From Clostridia bacterium (GTDB taxonomy: Bacteria; Bacillota; Clostridia; Oscillospirales; CAG-382), in assembly GCA_017429165.1 (NCBI GenBank), contig JAFRPL010000014.1, forward strand, positions 2,113 through 66,112: a stretch of DNA of 64,000 bases, given 5' to 3'. The notes below the pieces were generated by a model, which did not search any database, had not been told where the DNA came from, and saw nothing but the letters and a program-made list of their open reading frames with translations. Made by a program: the position numbers and the translations under genes. Shown here piece after piece: positions 18,856-28,677 of the stretch; the first letter of the stretch is position 1; every line of letters starts with the position of its first letter.

Positions 18856-19986
18856 TCAGACCTGCGCGAATTTGGATATGTAAAACGGCAGCGTTTCGTA
18901 GCCGGAAAGGTTCCTGCCGTCGCGGATGATGGCGTTTTTATCGGTGATGACGGCGTTGAGCAGGCAGTTTTCGCCGACGATGGTATCCTGCATAAGGATG
19001 CAGTTTTTGACGTGAGTGTTCCTGCCCACGCGCACGCCGCGGAACAAAATGGAATTTTCGACTTTTCCGTTGATGACGCAGCCGTCGGCGATAAGCGAAT
19101 TATGGACTGCGGCTCCTTCGGAATAGACCGCGGGCGGCGAATTGCGCACCTTGGTGTACACCGGTCTGCTTGTGTTGCCGAACAGTTCGTGCCGCACGTC
19201 CTCGTTGAGCAGGTCCATACTGCACATATAATAAGACTGCATGGAATCTATAGTGGCGAAATACCCTTCGTGGCGGTACACGTTGACGCTGCAGTTTTCG
19301 ATATTGCGCTGGATTATATCCTTTATGAAAGCGGTGTAGCCGTGCGCTTCTGCGTCGAGCACCGCCGTTTCGAGAAAGCGGCGGTTCATAACCCATATAT
19401 TGGTGCAGACGTCGCGGAAACCGCCGCTGCGTTCCGTGAATTCCTTTACGGAAGTAAGCCGGTCGTTTTCGTCGCTTTCGGTGACGTAGACGCCGCTCAC
19501 GTCGCCGGTGAGGAAGGTCTTTTTGATCATCATGGTGGCGTCCGCGTGCGACGCGATATGGGCGTCTATCATATCGCCCAGATCTATGTTGCATATGACG
19601 TCGCAGTCGCTCAAGACCACGTAATCCTCGGTGCAGCCGCTGATGAACGAAATGCTGTTTCTGAGCGCTTCGAGCCGCGTGGAATAGAGCGACGCGCCGG
19701 GGTTGGCGAACGCCGTGATGAACGGGGGCAGTATCTGTATGCCGCCCGAACGGCGCGCGAGGTCCCACGATTTGCCCGAGCCGAGATGGTCCATAAGGGA
19801 CTGATAGTTGTAATGCGTTATTACGCCCACGTGCTCGATGCCGCTGTGGACCATATTGGAAAGCGTAAAATCTATGAGCCGGTAACGGCAGCCGAAAGGC
19901 ACCGACGCCATGGTGCGGAGCTTGGTCAGCTCCGGCACGTTTTTATCGTGGATATTGGAAAATATGAGCCCTACTACGTTTGCCAT
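18856..19986 (-). CDS. glgD: Glucose-1-phosphate adenylyltransferase, GlgD subunit
   Basis: It is a paralogue of GlgC that lacks the GGxGxRL motif, and sits immediately after glgC as in Firmicutes. It has a left-handed beta-helix C-terminus. Confidence 0.85.
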   Translation of the reverse strand: MANVVGLIFSNIHDKNVPELTKLRTMASVPFGCRYRLIDFTLSNMVHSGIEHVGVITHYNYQSLMDHLGSGKSWDLARRSGGIQILPPFITAFANPGASLYSTRLEALRNSISFISGCTEDYVVLSDCDVICNIDLGDMIDAHIASHADATMMIKKTFLTGDVSGVYVTESDENDRLTSVKEFTERSGGFRDVCTNIWVMNRRFLETAVLDAEAHGYTAFIKDIIQRNIENCSVNVYRHEGYFATIDSMQSYYMCSMDLLNEDVRHELFGNTSRPVYTKVRNSPPAVYSEGAAVHNSLIADGCVINGKVENSILFRGVRVGRNTHVKNCILMQDTIVGENCLLNAVITDKNAIIRDGRNLSGYETLPFYISKFAQV

Positions 19987-19990
19987 TCTG

Positions 19991-21205
19991 TCACGACCTC
20001 GCTTTCAGGATATTTTCAATGTATTCTTCGTTCACGTCGGTGTCGTCCGGGATCGTCGAGCGTTCCGGGATGTTGAGTTCGCCGCCCACGAGGGTTATAC
20101 CCTTGGAGATCTCGCGGTTGACGCCCACGGTGGAGCGCGCTCCGACGACGGTGTCGGAATCTATGACGCTGTAATTGACCGTGGCTCCGCGGCAGATGCG
20201 TACGCCCGACATTATGACGCTGTCGCGCACGCAGGCGCCGGGTTCGACGCGCACGTTGCTGGAAAGCACGCTGTTTTCGACGGTGCCGAATATCTCGCAG
20301 CCTTCGGTGATCAGCGAATTGCAGACCACCGCGTTGCCGCCCATATAATGAGGCGGATCGGCGTAGTTGCGCGAATAGATGCGCCACGACCTGTCGTTGA
20401 GATCGAATTTGGGGCGGCTGCCTAAAAGGTCCATATTGGATTCCCACAGCGAATCCACCGTCCCCACGTCTTTCCAGTACCCGGTGAACGGATAAGCAAA
20501 GAGCCGTTCGCCGTCGGCGAGCGCCTTGGGAATGATGTTCTTGCCGAAATCGTTGTCGCTCGTCTCGTCCGCCGCGTCGGCTTCGAGATACGAAATGAGC
20601 TTTTCGGTAGTGAAGATATACACGCCCATGCTGGCGGTGGTGGAATCGGACACCTTGGGTTTTTCTTCGAACTTATAGATCCTGCCGGTCTCGTCCGCGG
20701 ACATTATGCCGAACCGGTAGGTCTCTTCCTTGGGAACGTCGAGCACCGCTATGGTGCAGTCCGCCTGCGACTTTTTGTGGAAGGCGAGCATTGCGTCGTA
20801 ATCCATCTTATAGATATGGTCGCCCGAAAGGATGAGCACGTAATCGGGAGAAAAGCGCTTTATAAAGCGCAGGTTCTGATATATGGCGTTGGCGGTACCG
20901 GTGTACCATTCGGAATGGGTCATCGCCTGATAAGGCGAAAGCACCGTTATACCTCCCCAGCTGCGGTCAAGGTCCCACGCGCGGCCGTTGCCGATGTATT
21001 CGTTGAGCATCAGCGGCTGATACTGAGTCATAACGCCCACGGTGTCGATGCCCGAGTTGACGCAGTTGGAAAGCGGAAAATCTATTATTTTGTATTTGCC
21101 GCCGAACGTGACCGCCGGTTTTGCGGTCTTTTCGGTCAGCAGACGCAGACGGCTGCCCTGTCCGCCGGCAAGCAGCATCGCGATGCATTCTTTCTTTTTG
21201 TTCAA
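19991..21205 (-). CDS. glgC: Glucose-1-phosphate adenylyltransferase
   Basis: [10 protein letters not shown] motif. I place the start at TTG 21205 ([10 protein letters not shown]), 8 nt after GGGGGG. The longer track ORF has no RBS. Confidence 0.9.
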   Translation of the reverse strand: MNKKKECIAMLLAGGQGSRLRLLTEKTAKPAVTFGGKYKIIDFPLSNCVNSGIDTVGVMTQYQPLMLNEYIGNGRAWDLDRSWGGITVLSPYQAMTHSEWYTGTANAIYQNLRFIKRFSPDYVLILSGDHIYKMDYDAMLAFHKKSQADCTIAVLDVPKEETYRFGIMSADETGRIYKFEEKPKVSDSTTASMGVYIFTTEKLISYLEADAADETSDNDFGKNIIPKALADGERLFAYPFTGYWKDVGTVDSLWESNMDLLGSRPKFDLNDRSWRIYSRNYADPPHYMGGNAVVCNSLITEGCEIFGTVENSVLSSNVRVEPGACVRDSVIMSGVRICRGATVNYSVIDSDTVVGARSTVGVNREISKGITLVGGELNIPERSTIPDDTDVNEEYIENILKARS

Positions 21206-21336
21206 CCTGTAAACCCCCCGCTCAAATATATGATATGTGCCGGAAATTCGCGTACGCCGGCCGCGGGAAAGCACCCCGCGCCTTTGGCAGTTTTATTTTA
21301 ATTCCTATTATATAAAAATGCAATACTCTTTCGTTC

Positions 21337-21375
21337 AAAAAACAAACGCGCCCTCCGTTTTTTTGCGCGGAGGGC
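21337..21375 (-). terminator. Intrinsic terminator after the WG-repeat gene
   Basis: The minus strand reads CGCCCTCCG-loop-CGGAGGGCG followed by GTTTGTTTTTT. Confidence 0.7.
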
Positions 21376-21421
21376 GAATTTTAACAGATTTATAATATTT
21401 TACAGTATATTTGTTAATATA

Positions 21422-22831
21422 TCACTGTTCCTCTTCAAAGCTTTCCTCGGGTTCCGAACTCTCTTCAACGGATTCAAAATCGCTTTCTTCCGTCGATCCG
21501 GCCTCGCTTTCTTCGGGCGGGACGTACTGCGAATCCTTATCGATCTTGGCGAACAGGTTCCAGCCGGTCCCGGAAGAATACGCGGCGAACACGCCGCCCG
21601 AGCATGGCGTGACTTTTTCGAACACCGGAGGCAGCACGTAAGCGCCGGTCGTGTCGATCATACCGAAACCGGTCTCGGTCTGCACGACCGCGAGCCCTTC
21701 GGTGAACGGATGCGCCGAGATCAGGTCGGGAGTGGTGATCCAGTTGAGCGAATTGGTGGTAAAGCCGTATTTGCCGTCGCGTTCGTAAAGTATGCAGCCG
21801 TCGGAATAGCCCGCGATGACGTAACCGTTCAGCGTGCGCGCCAGGTTGCAGCCGGTATCCATGAGACGTTCTTCCCAGTTTTTGCCGTCCTTGACGCGGA
21901 CGCGGATATATCCGTCGCAGAAATAGAAGTACCCTATGGATTCTATGCCGCGGGATTCGGGCGGATAGTAGATATCCGAAAGCGTGTTGTCTATAGAATC
22001 GCCGGAGTGGCGGAAACGTGTGGAATAGAACACGAGCCGGTCTTCGCTGTGCGCGCGTTTGATGGTGCAGGCGATGCCGCGCTCCACGCCGTTTTCTATG
22101 AACGGATAGAACGCGAACACCTCTTTGCAGCCGTAAGCGTAGCTGTCGCCGTCGTCGCCGTAGAAGTTATAATATTTCTTCTTTTTTACATAATACCGCT
22201 TTATGGGCATAAGCTGCTCGCACAGATACACGGGGACGTCGAACTCGAATCCCGTCGCGTCGGAATAGACGTTGTAGTTCGAAGGCGCAAAGCCGTTTTC
22301 GCCGTTGTAATAATAATACGAATCGCCTTTTTTGAACACCGGATGTCCCGCTTTGTCGCGCGCGCCGATGAACGCGTACCCCGCGGCGAGCTCGGTTATG
22401 TCGTTGAAAGCGCTGTCGAATATGCGCCCGTCTTCCAGGAAGATGAACCCCATCCGCACCGCCGTCACGGCGGACTCTTCCGCGGGCAGAGGAGCGTCTA
22501 TTAAGACGGTCTTTTCGGTATCCGAAGAATAGCGGCGGTCGAGCGGAGCGTAACTGCCGGGAGCGAACGTTTCGGCTCCGTTTATAAACGCGGCGGCTTC
22601 GTCAGCCGGTTCTTCGGTCCCGGAGCTTTCTTCCGCCGAGCTTTCTTCGGCGTAAGAGAGTTCTTCGGAAATTTCGGGCGAAGTCTCTTCGGAATTTTCC
22701 ACGGTGCTGTATTCGGGCGCTTCATCGGGCAAAAACGGCAGCGAGCGCGAAGACGCCAGAAATACGGCGCCGAACGCCACGCCGCACATTATCGCGGCGG
22801 CTATTATGAATTTCAACGCGTTCTTTATCAT
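21422..22831 (-). CDS. Membrane-anchored WG-repeat (KWG-like) protein with acidic Ser/Glu-rich segments
   Basis: N-terminal TM IIAAAIMCGVAFGAVFLA. Repeated motifs of the type GKYGF / GFGMIDTTGAYVLPPVFEKV. The low-complexity stretches EESSAEESSGTEE and EESEAGSTEESDFESVEESSEPEE are present. Confidence 0.6.
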   Translation of the reverse strand: MIKNALKFIIAAAIMCGVAFGAVFLASSRSLPFLPDEAPEYSTVENSEETSPEISEELSYAEESSAEESSGTEEPADEAAAFINGAETFAPGSYAPLDRRYSSDTEKTVLIDAPLPAEESAVTAVRMGFIFLEDGRIFDSAFNDITELAAGYAFIGARDKAGHPVFKKGDSYYYYNGENGFAPSNYNVYSDATGFEFDVPVYLCEQLMPIKRYYVKKKKYYNFYGDDGDSYAYGCKEVFAFYPFIENGVERGIACTIKRAHSEDRLVFYSTRFRHSGDSIDNTLSDIYYPPESRGIESIGYFYFCDGYIRVRVKDGKNWEERLMDTGCNLARTLNGYVIAGYSDGCILYERDGKYGFTTNSLNWITTPDLISAHPFTEGLAVVQTETGFGMIDTTGAYVLPPVFEKVTPCSGGVFAAYSSGTGWNLFAKIDKDSQYVPPEESEAGSTEESDFESVEESSEPEESFEEEQ

Positions 22832-23022
22832 TTGAACAGTTCTCCAAAAAACGGAAACGTGATCTTGCGATCCTTGCTAATATAATACCACAGTTAAAAA
22901 ATATTTCAATGACAAAAATGTAAATAAAAAGCGCAAGCGCCGCTTGGGCGAATAATAGTTGCGGCGGAGCGTTCTGCTCCGCCGTTAAACGTCGCCGTTT
23001 TTCAGGTATATCGTGAAGTGCC

Positions 23023-23886
23023 TCAGTCTATCTGCTGCAGCAAACGGATATAATCGCAGACACTGATCTTTATTTCTACGTCATATTGAACGTATAAATG
23101 CCCGTCGTTCAGTTTGAAATATGTCGTATCCCGATTTGAAATATCCGCGTTGTCGCGTAGTTCGGTTTTTAAAAGCGACAAGACTTCGTCTTTGATCTTG
23201 CTGTCTATCTCTTGATCCGGTACATAAGTTTTCAGGCACTCAATGTCATTTTTATCCATCGACGGCTCGAACTGCGCGTTGAACTCTACTACGGATCCGT
23301 CGGTGTTGACTTTTATAGTAACAATGATATTTGTCTTTTTTTCAAGAGCCGTTTTCACAAAATAGTACGAATACACTTTTCCGCGGCTTTCGTTTTCCGT
23401 TGGCTTATCACCCGTATTACTCGGTTGCTGCGTATATTGCCCGTCTTTATCGTAGGAAGCCAAAACTTCTTTGGCAATCTGCAGACAATCGTCGTAAGAA
23501 CGGTCGTCCGTTTTTGTTCGATAGCCGTCAGGATACCGTATTGAATAAAGCACGGTCTTTTTCGTTTCGCGGTTTATCCAAAAGCTTACCTCCGCGCCGT
23601 CTGAAGCGAAGCCGCGATAAATGTCGGCGTCGCACTTGCAAACAGGGGTTATAAACGTTGCTTCGTATTGTCCGACGATTCTTTCACCGTTGATAACGGT
23701 TTCATACGTCCGAGCATCGACATCAAGCACTTTGCGTTCGTTCGACAGATCTATATCGTTGCTGATCGAAGAACAGAAGGAAGCGCCTTCCGTATAGCCG
23801 ACGACCAAAAAGTCCTTTTTTTGCGTGCAGGAAAACAGCAGGCATAAGCACACAAATATTAATAACGCTGAGAAAAATCTTTTCAT
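23023..23886 (-). CDS. Hypothetical lipoprotein (AT-rich gene)
   Basis: Lipobox LLFSC after a hydrophobic signal (MKRFFSALLIFVCLCLLFSC). I recognised no family. Confidence 0.55.
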   Translation of the reverse strand: MKRFFSALLIFVCLCLLFSCTQKKDFLVVGYTEGASFCSSISNDIDLSNERKVLDVDARTYETVINGERIVGQYEATFITPVCKCDADIYRGFASDGAEVSFWINRETKKTVLYSIRYPDGYRTKTDDRSYDDCLQIAKEVLASYDKDGQYTQQPSNTGDKPTENESRGKVYSYYFVKTALEKKTNIIVTIKVNTDGSVVEFNAQFEPSMDKNDIECLKTYVPDQEIDSKIKDEVLSLLKTELRDNADISNRDTTYFKLNDGHLYVQYDVEIKISVCDYIRLLQQID

Positions 23887-24073
23887 AATTGTTTTTATCT
23901 CCTTTCATCCTTTAGTGCCGCGGCATAATCGACTTCGAGTCATTTACAATTATATTTAATCATAGGAGCTTCGTTTTGTCAAGGTACAAAACGCACCCGG
24001 GAGGCGCGCTATTATTGCAATCTGCAAAAATCCGGAATAATAATATATTATATATTTTTTTTGCAAAAAACTA

Positions 24074-24102
24074 TTTACAAAACGAAAACGTTGTGATATA
24101 AT
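24074..24102 (+). promoter_or_regulatory. Promoter for rpsO
   Basis: TTTACA at 24074-24079, N17, TATAAT at 24097-24102. Confidence 0.5.
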
Positions 24103-24209
24103 ACGGCTTGGTACGCGGAAAAGCGCGCCTTTCGGCGACGCTCAGTCGTGCGGTCCTCCGCCGGCGGCTTAGCGTTTGCGTAAATAATACAAGAAGGAGG
24201 AACAAAACA
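24103..24209 (+). promoter_or_regulatory. rpsO 5' leader, possible S15 autoregulatory structure
   Basis: This is a GC-rich, self-complementary leader of about 105 nt (GCGCGCCTTTCGGCGACGC..., CCGCCGGCGG) ahead of AAGAAGGAGG. S15 autoregulation through the leader is established in other bacteria. I did not verify the structure here. Confidence 0.3.
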
Positions 24210-24476
24210 ATGCTCGCACCCGAACTCAAGCAGCAGATCATCAAAGAGTACGCTGTTCACGAAGGCGACACCGGTTCGCCCGAGGTACAGATCGCCATCC
24301 TCACCTACAGGATCCGCGAACTTACCGAACATCTCAAGCGCAACCCCAAAGACGATCATTCGCGCAGAGGCCTGCATCAGATGGTCGGCAAGAGAAAGAA
24401 ATTCCTTGCTTATCTCACCGATATCGATATCACCCGTTATCGTTCCATCATCGAGCGCCTCGGTATAAGAAAATGA
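24210..24476 (+). CDS. rpsO: 30S ribosomal protein S15
   Basis: 88 aa, ...[37 protein letters not shown]... The ATG lies 10 nt after AAGGAGG. Confidence 0.95.
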   Translation: MLAPELKQQIIKEYAVHEGDTGSPEVQIAILTYRIRELTEHLKRNPKDDHSRRGLHQMVGKRKKFLAYLTDIDITRYRSIIERLGIRK

Positions 24477-24481
24477 TCCGC

Positions 24482-24511
24482 AAGGGCTGCCGGGTCTTCT
24501 CGGCGGCCCTT
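24482..24511 (+). terminator. rpsO-pnp intergenic hairpin (partial terminator or processing site)
   Basis: AAGGGCTGCCG-loop-CGGCGGCCCTT with a weak T-tail. The position matches the known rpsO-pnp attenuator arrangement. Confidence 0.45.
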
Positions 24512-24662
24512 ATTTCCTGCAAATTTTAAGAAATTCGGGGAAGTTCAACGGGTTTAGCAGTTAAATATGCCGCAAAGAACGCTTTTGCTTTGCGCCGTGT
24601 TTAAGTGTTAAACCGCGCTCCTTCCTTGATGATACAACAAAAAACAAGAAAGGAAGAAAAAA

Positions 24663-26762
24663 ATGTTCGAAAACTACAAGGTATTCAATTATACCCTCGC
24701 AGGCAGACCGCTCGTAATAGAGACCGGCAAGATAAGCCAGCTTTCCAACGGTTCCTGCCTCGTCCGCTACGGCGACACCGTGGTGCTCGCAAACGCCACC
24801 GCTTCCGCCGCCCCCCGCGACGGCATAGACTTTTTGCCGCTTTCGGTCGATTTTGAAGAACGCCTCTATTCCGTGGGCAAGATCCCCGGCAGCTTTCTTA
24901 AAAGAGAAGGCAGACCCAGCGAAAAAGCCGTGCTCGCCAGCCGCGTCATCGACCGCCCCATACGTCCTCTCTTCCCCAAGGATCTGAGAAACGACGTGGT
25001 GCTTTCGCTTATGGTGATGTCTGTCGACCCCGACAACTCGCCCGAGATCGCCGCGATGATAGGCGCTTCCATTGCCCTTTCGATCTCCGATATCCCCTGG
25101 AACGGCCCCATAGGCGGCGTGTTCGTAGGCTTGGTCGACGGCAGGATCGTCATCAACCCCACCGCCGAACAGCGCGCAAAGTCCGAGCTCGAACTTACCG
25201 TAGCCGGCACGCGTGAAAAGGTAGTCATGATCGAAGCCGGTGCCAAGGAAGTCGACGACGACACCATGTTCGAAGCCATTATGAAAGCCCACGAGGCGAT
25301 AATCCCGCTCGTGGAATTCATCCAGTCCATCAAAGACGCCATAGGCAAGCCCAAGTTCGAATATCCTTCGTGCGAGATCGACCACGATATGTTCGACAAG
25401 ATCGAAGCGCTGGTGGGCGAAGACGTCAAGCTCGCGCTCGACACCGACGACAAGAAAGTCCGCGACGCCAACCTCAAGCCGCTTTACGAAAAAGTTTACG
25501 AAGCGCTTGCCGAAGAATATCCCGATTCCACGCTGCAGATAAACGAATGCATGTACAAGCTGCAGAAGAAAATAGTCCGCCACTGGCTCAAGGAAGAACG
25601 CCGCAGAGTCGACGGCAGACGCATGGACCAGATCCGTCCGCTCGCCGCGGAAGTCGGCCTGCTGCCCAGAACTCACGGTTCTGCCATGTTCACCAGAGGT
25701 CAGACTCAGGTCGTTACAGTCGCCACTCTCGCACCGTTGCGCGAAGCGCAGCTGCTCGACGGCATAGACGAAGAAGAGACCAAGAGATACATGCACCATT
25801 ACAACATGCCCGGTTATTCGGTAGGCGAAGCAAAAGCCTCCCGTTCTCCCGGCAGACGCGAGATCGGCCACGGCGCTCTTGCCGAGCGCGCGCTCGAGCC
25901 CGTTATCCCCGCGCAGGAGGATTTCCCGTACGCGATCCGTCTGGTATCCGAAGTCGTTTCGTCCAACGGTTCCACTTCTCAGGCCTCGGTATGCGGTTCC
26001 ACGCTCGCACTTATGGACGCCGGCGTGCCTATCAGCGCACCCGTCGCGGGCATTTCGTGCGGTCTCATCACCGACGACGACGGCGGCTGGGCGACCATGA
26101 TAGACATTCAGGGTCTTGAAGATTTCTTCGGCGACATGGATTTCAAAGTCGCCGGCACCAAGAAAGGCATCACCGCCATCCAGATGGACCTCAAGATCGA
26201 CGGTCTTACCCCCGAGATCATAAAGAACGCCTTTGAAGTCACCAAGAAAGGCCGCTTCTATATAATCGACAACGTCATCCTGCCCTGCATAAGCGAGCCC
26301 AGACACGACGTTTCCGAATACGCTCCCAAGATGATCTCCACCAAGATCGATCCCGAAAAGATCCGCGAAGTCATCGGCACCGGCGGCAAAGTCATCCAGA
26401 AGATCTGCGCCGACACCGGAGCAAAGATCGATATCGAAGACGACGGCAGCGTGTTCATCGCCGCTGTCAACAAGGACAACGCTTACAGAGCGCTCGACAT
26501 CATCAACGCCATCGTTATGGATCCCGAACCCGGCGCCATCTACACCGGCAAGGTCACCCGCATAATCCCCATCGGCGCGTTCGTCGAATACGCTCCCGGC
26601 AAGGAAGGGCTCGTCCACATTTCCAAGCTGGATAAGAAACGCGTGGAAAAGGTCGAAGACGTGGTCAATATCGGCGACACCGTCAAGATCATGGTGCTCG
26701 GCGTCGATAACAAAGGGCGCATCAATCTTTCCAGAAAAGACGCCCTTGACGTTTACGAATAA
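24663..26762 (+). CDS. pnp: Polyribonucleotide nucleotidyltransferase (PNPase)
   Basis: 699 aa with two RNase PH domains, a KH domain and a C-terminal S1 domain (GKVTRIIPIGAFVEYAPGKEGLVHIS). Confidence 0.97.
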   Translation: MFENYKVFNYTLAGRPLVIETGKISQLSNGSCLVRYGDTVVLANATASAAPRDGIDFLPLSVDFEERLYSVGKIPGSFLKREGRPSEKAVLASRVIDRPIRPLFPKDLRNDVVLSLMVMSVDPDNSPEIAAMIGASIALSISDIPWNGPIGGVFVGLVDGRIVINPTAEQRAKSELELTVAGTREKVVMIEAGAKEVDDDTMFEAIMKAHEAIIPLVEFIQSIKDAIGKPKFEYPSCEIDHDMFDKIEALVGEDVKLALDTDDKKVRDANLKPLYEKVYEALAEEYPDSTLQINECMYKLQKKIVRHWLKEERRRVDGRRMDQIRPLAAEVGLLPRTHGSAMFTRGQTQVVTVATLAPLREAQLLDGIDEEETKRYMHHYNMPGYSVGEAKASRSPGRREIGHGALAERALEPVIPAQEDFPYAIRLVSEVVSSNGSTSQASVCGSTLALMDAGVPISAPVAGISCGLITDDDGGWATMIDIQGLEDFFGDMDFKVAGTKKGITAIQMDLKIDGLTPEIIKNAFEVTKKGRFYIIDNVILPCISEPRHDVSEYAPKMISTKIDPEKIREVIGTGGKVIQKICADTGAKIDIEDDGSVFIAAVNKDNAYRALDIINAIVMDPEPGAIYTGKVTRIIPIGAFVEYAPGKEGLVHISKLDKKRVEKVEDVVNIGDTVKIMVLGVDNKGRINLSRKDALDVYE

Positions 26763-26782
26763 TACCCTTACAAACAAAGAAA

Positions 26783-26817
26783 CGAGGCAAGGTTTTTTAC
26801 CTTGCCTCGCGTTTTTA
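26783..26817 (+). terminator. Intrinsic terminator after pnp
   Basis: CGAGGCAAGG-loop-CCTTGCCTCG followed by CGTTTTT. Confidence 0.8.
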
Positions 26818-26850
26818 ATATATCTATAACAAAACATTTATCCTTTTGAT

Positions 26851-27174
26851 TTATTTCTCTTCCTCAATATAACCCGCCGCTTTTGCTCTCGCAACGGCCT
26901 GTTCAATAGATTCATCAAGTTCTTTTTCAACGTGATAATACATTGCGATTTTAACGAGTTCCAGTATCGCTTGGCGAATCTCGCCTGCTATGTTTTCCTT
27001 TTTAGGATCGCCGTGTTTCTGACGTTTCAAGCCGGAATCTTCCCAAAGATTGATCTCAGAAGCCACCTCTCCACATTCCTCCAGCAGACGAGTAGCCATT
27101 TGATATGGTTCAACGCCTTTAGGAAAATGTTTGTTCTGGGCTTCAGCCATTTTATAAAAACGATGCATATTCAT
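26851..27174 (-). CDS. MazG-like nucleotide pyrophosphohydrolase domain protein (small, AT-rich gene)
   Basis: 107 aa, all-alpha. The motif LLEECGEVASEI is like the MazG/NTP-PPase EExxE metal site. Confidence 0.55.
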   Translation of the reverse strand: MNMHRFYKMAEAQNKHFPKGVEPYQMATRLLEECGEVASEINLWEDSGLKRQKHGDPKKENIAGEIRQAILELVKIAMYYHVEKELDESIEQAVARAKAAGYIEEEK

Positions 27175-27200
27175 TATCTCTCTTTCAGTTCGGCGCAGCC

Positions 27201-27289
27201 GAATTTAGCTCGCGTCAGCGAATTTAGCTCGCGTCAGCGAATTTAGCTATACGAAGTATTATTTAGCTCGCCGTAAGGCGAATTTAGCT
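27201..27289. repeat. Iteron-like array: five copies of GAATTTAGCT (one is ATTTAGCT) at 19-21-bp spacing
   Basis: Copies lie at 27201-10, 27220-29, 27239-48, 27261-68 and 27280-89. Copies 1-3 sit in perfect 19-bp units (CGCGTCAGCGAATTTAGCT). The last copy contains the argH stop codon. Confidence 0.85.
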
Positions 27290-28669
27290 GTTTTCCTTTA
27301 TAAACCCTTTCAGCTCTTCTATCTGTATCTTTACGCTTTGCGGGGCGGGGCCGCCGTAGGACGTGCGCTTTTTTACGCAGTTGAGCAGGTCGATCTCTTC
27401 GTAAAGGTCGTTTTCAAAGAGCGGCGAAAACTTTTTATATTCCGTGATCGGCAGCGTTTCGAGCGTGTCTCCGCTCTGCACGCAATGCGCCACGATCTGA
27501 CCGCTTATCTTATACGCGGTGCGGAACGGCACGCCCTTTTTCGCCAGATAGTCGGCGAGGTCGGTGGCGTTGATAAAGCCCTTCTGCGCCGCCGCCAGCA
27601 TATTCGCGGGCTGCGGTTCGATGCTGCTCAGCATGGGGATGAACACGCCGAGGCACAGCTTGACAGTGTCGAGCGAATCAAAGATCGCCTCTTTGTCTTC
27701 CTGCATGTCCTTGTTATACGCGAGCGGAAGCCCCTTGAGCAGCGTGAGCAGCGCGGTGAGGTCGCCGTAAACGCGCCCGGTCTTGCCGCGGATGAGTTCG
27801 GCGATATCGGGGTTCTTTTTTTGCGGCATTATGCTGGATCCGGTAGAGAAGCCCTCGCCAACGGTGACGAACGAAAACTCGGCGCCCGCCCAGAGCACGA
27901 TCTCTTCGCAGAAGCGCGAAAGGTGCATGGCGATCAGCGCGAACACCGCCGCGAGCTCAACGCAGAAATCGCGGTCGGCGACCGTGTCGAGCGAATTGGC
28001 GGTGGGAGCCGAAAAGCCCAGAAGCTTTGCACTGTAACGACGGTCGATGGCGAACCCCGTTCCGGCGAGCGCGCAGGCGCCGAGCGGGCATTTATCCATC
28101 CGCGCGAGCGCGTCTTTGAGCCGCGAAAGGTCGCGCATGAACATCTGCGCGTAGGCGAGCAGATAATGAGCGTACGAGACCGGCTGAGCCCGCTGCAGAT
28201 GAGTGTAGCCCGGCATTACGGTATTCGTATGCTTTTCCGCTTTAGCGGCGAGTTCTTCGATAAGCGAAACGAGATGTCCGCGCACGGTATCGCATTCGTC
28301 GCGCAGATACAGCTTTATATCGAGCGCGACCTGGTCGTTGCGGCTGCGCGCGGTGTGCAGTTTTTTCCCGGCGTCGCCGATGCGATTCGTCAGCTCGCAT
28401 TCCACGAACGAATGGATATCCTCGGCAGCGGGATCTATGGCAAGCGCGCCGCTTTCGAGTTCGGCGAGTATGCCCCTGAGCCCCGCGACGATGCTTTCGC
28501 ATTCGCTTTGCGAAATGATGCCGCAGTGCGCGAGCATTTCGGCGTGCGCGCAGGAACCCGCGATATCCTGGCGGTACATACGTTTATCGGTTTTTATGGA
28601 AGAATCGAACTCGTCGGCGGCGAAGTTCATTTCACCCGCCGTGCGGCCCGCCCAGATCTTTGCCATCAT
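27284..28669 (-). CDS. argH: Argininosuccinate lyase
   Basis: 461 aa with the fumarate-lyase signature GSSIMPQKKNPD. Two adjacent ATGs lie at 28669 and 28666. Confidence 0.95.
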   Translation of the reverse strand: MMAKIWAGRTAGEMNFAADEFDSSIKTDKRMYRQDIAGSCAHAEMLAHCGIISQSECESIVAGLRGILAELESGALAIDPAAEDIHSFVECELTNRIGDAGKKLHTARSRNDQVALDIKLYLRDECDTVRGHLVSLIEELAAKAEKHTNTVMPGYTHLQRAQPVSYAHYLLAYAQMFMRDLSRLKDALARMDKCPLGACALAGTGFAIDRRYSAKLLGFSAPTANSLDTVADRDFCVELAAVFALIAMHLSRFCEEIVLWAGAEFSFVTVGEGFSTGSSIMPQKKNPDIAELIRGKTGRVYGDLTALLTLLKGLPLAYNKDMQEDKEAIFDSLDTVKLCLGVFIPMLSSIEPQPANMLAAAQKGFINATDLADYLAKKGVPFRTAYKISGQIVAHCVQSGDTLETLPITEYKKFSPLFENDLYEEIDLLNCVKKRTSYGGPAPQSVKIQIEELKGFIKENS

Positions 28670-28677
28670 AACACCCC

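Noticed and set aside
24561-26837. 758-aa ORF on the minus strand spanning the whole pnp gene
   Set aside because: It is exactly antisense to a full-length, highly conserved PNPase. Its translation is low-complexity (D/G/V/A/F-rich) with no motifs. Long antisense ORFs are expected in GC-rich codon-biased genes.
27201-27289. Possible miniature CRISPR array
   Set aside because: The repeat core is only 8-11 nt with 9-10-nt variable parts, against the 23-50-nt repeats and 25-70-nt spacers of real arrays. There are no cas genes. The first unit is the argH stop region. It is better described as an iteron-like or slippage array.
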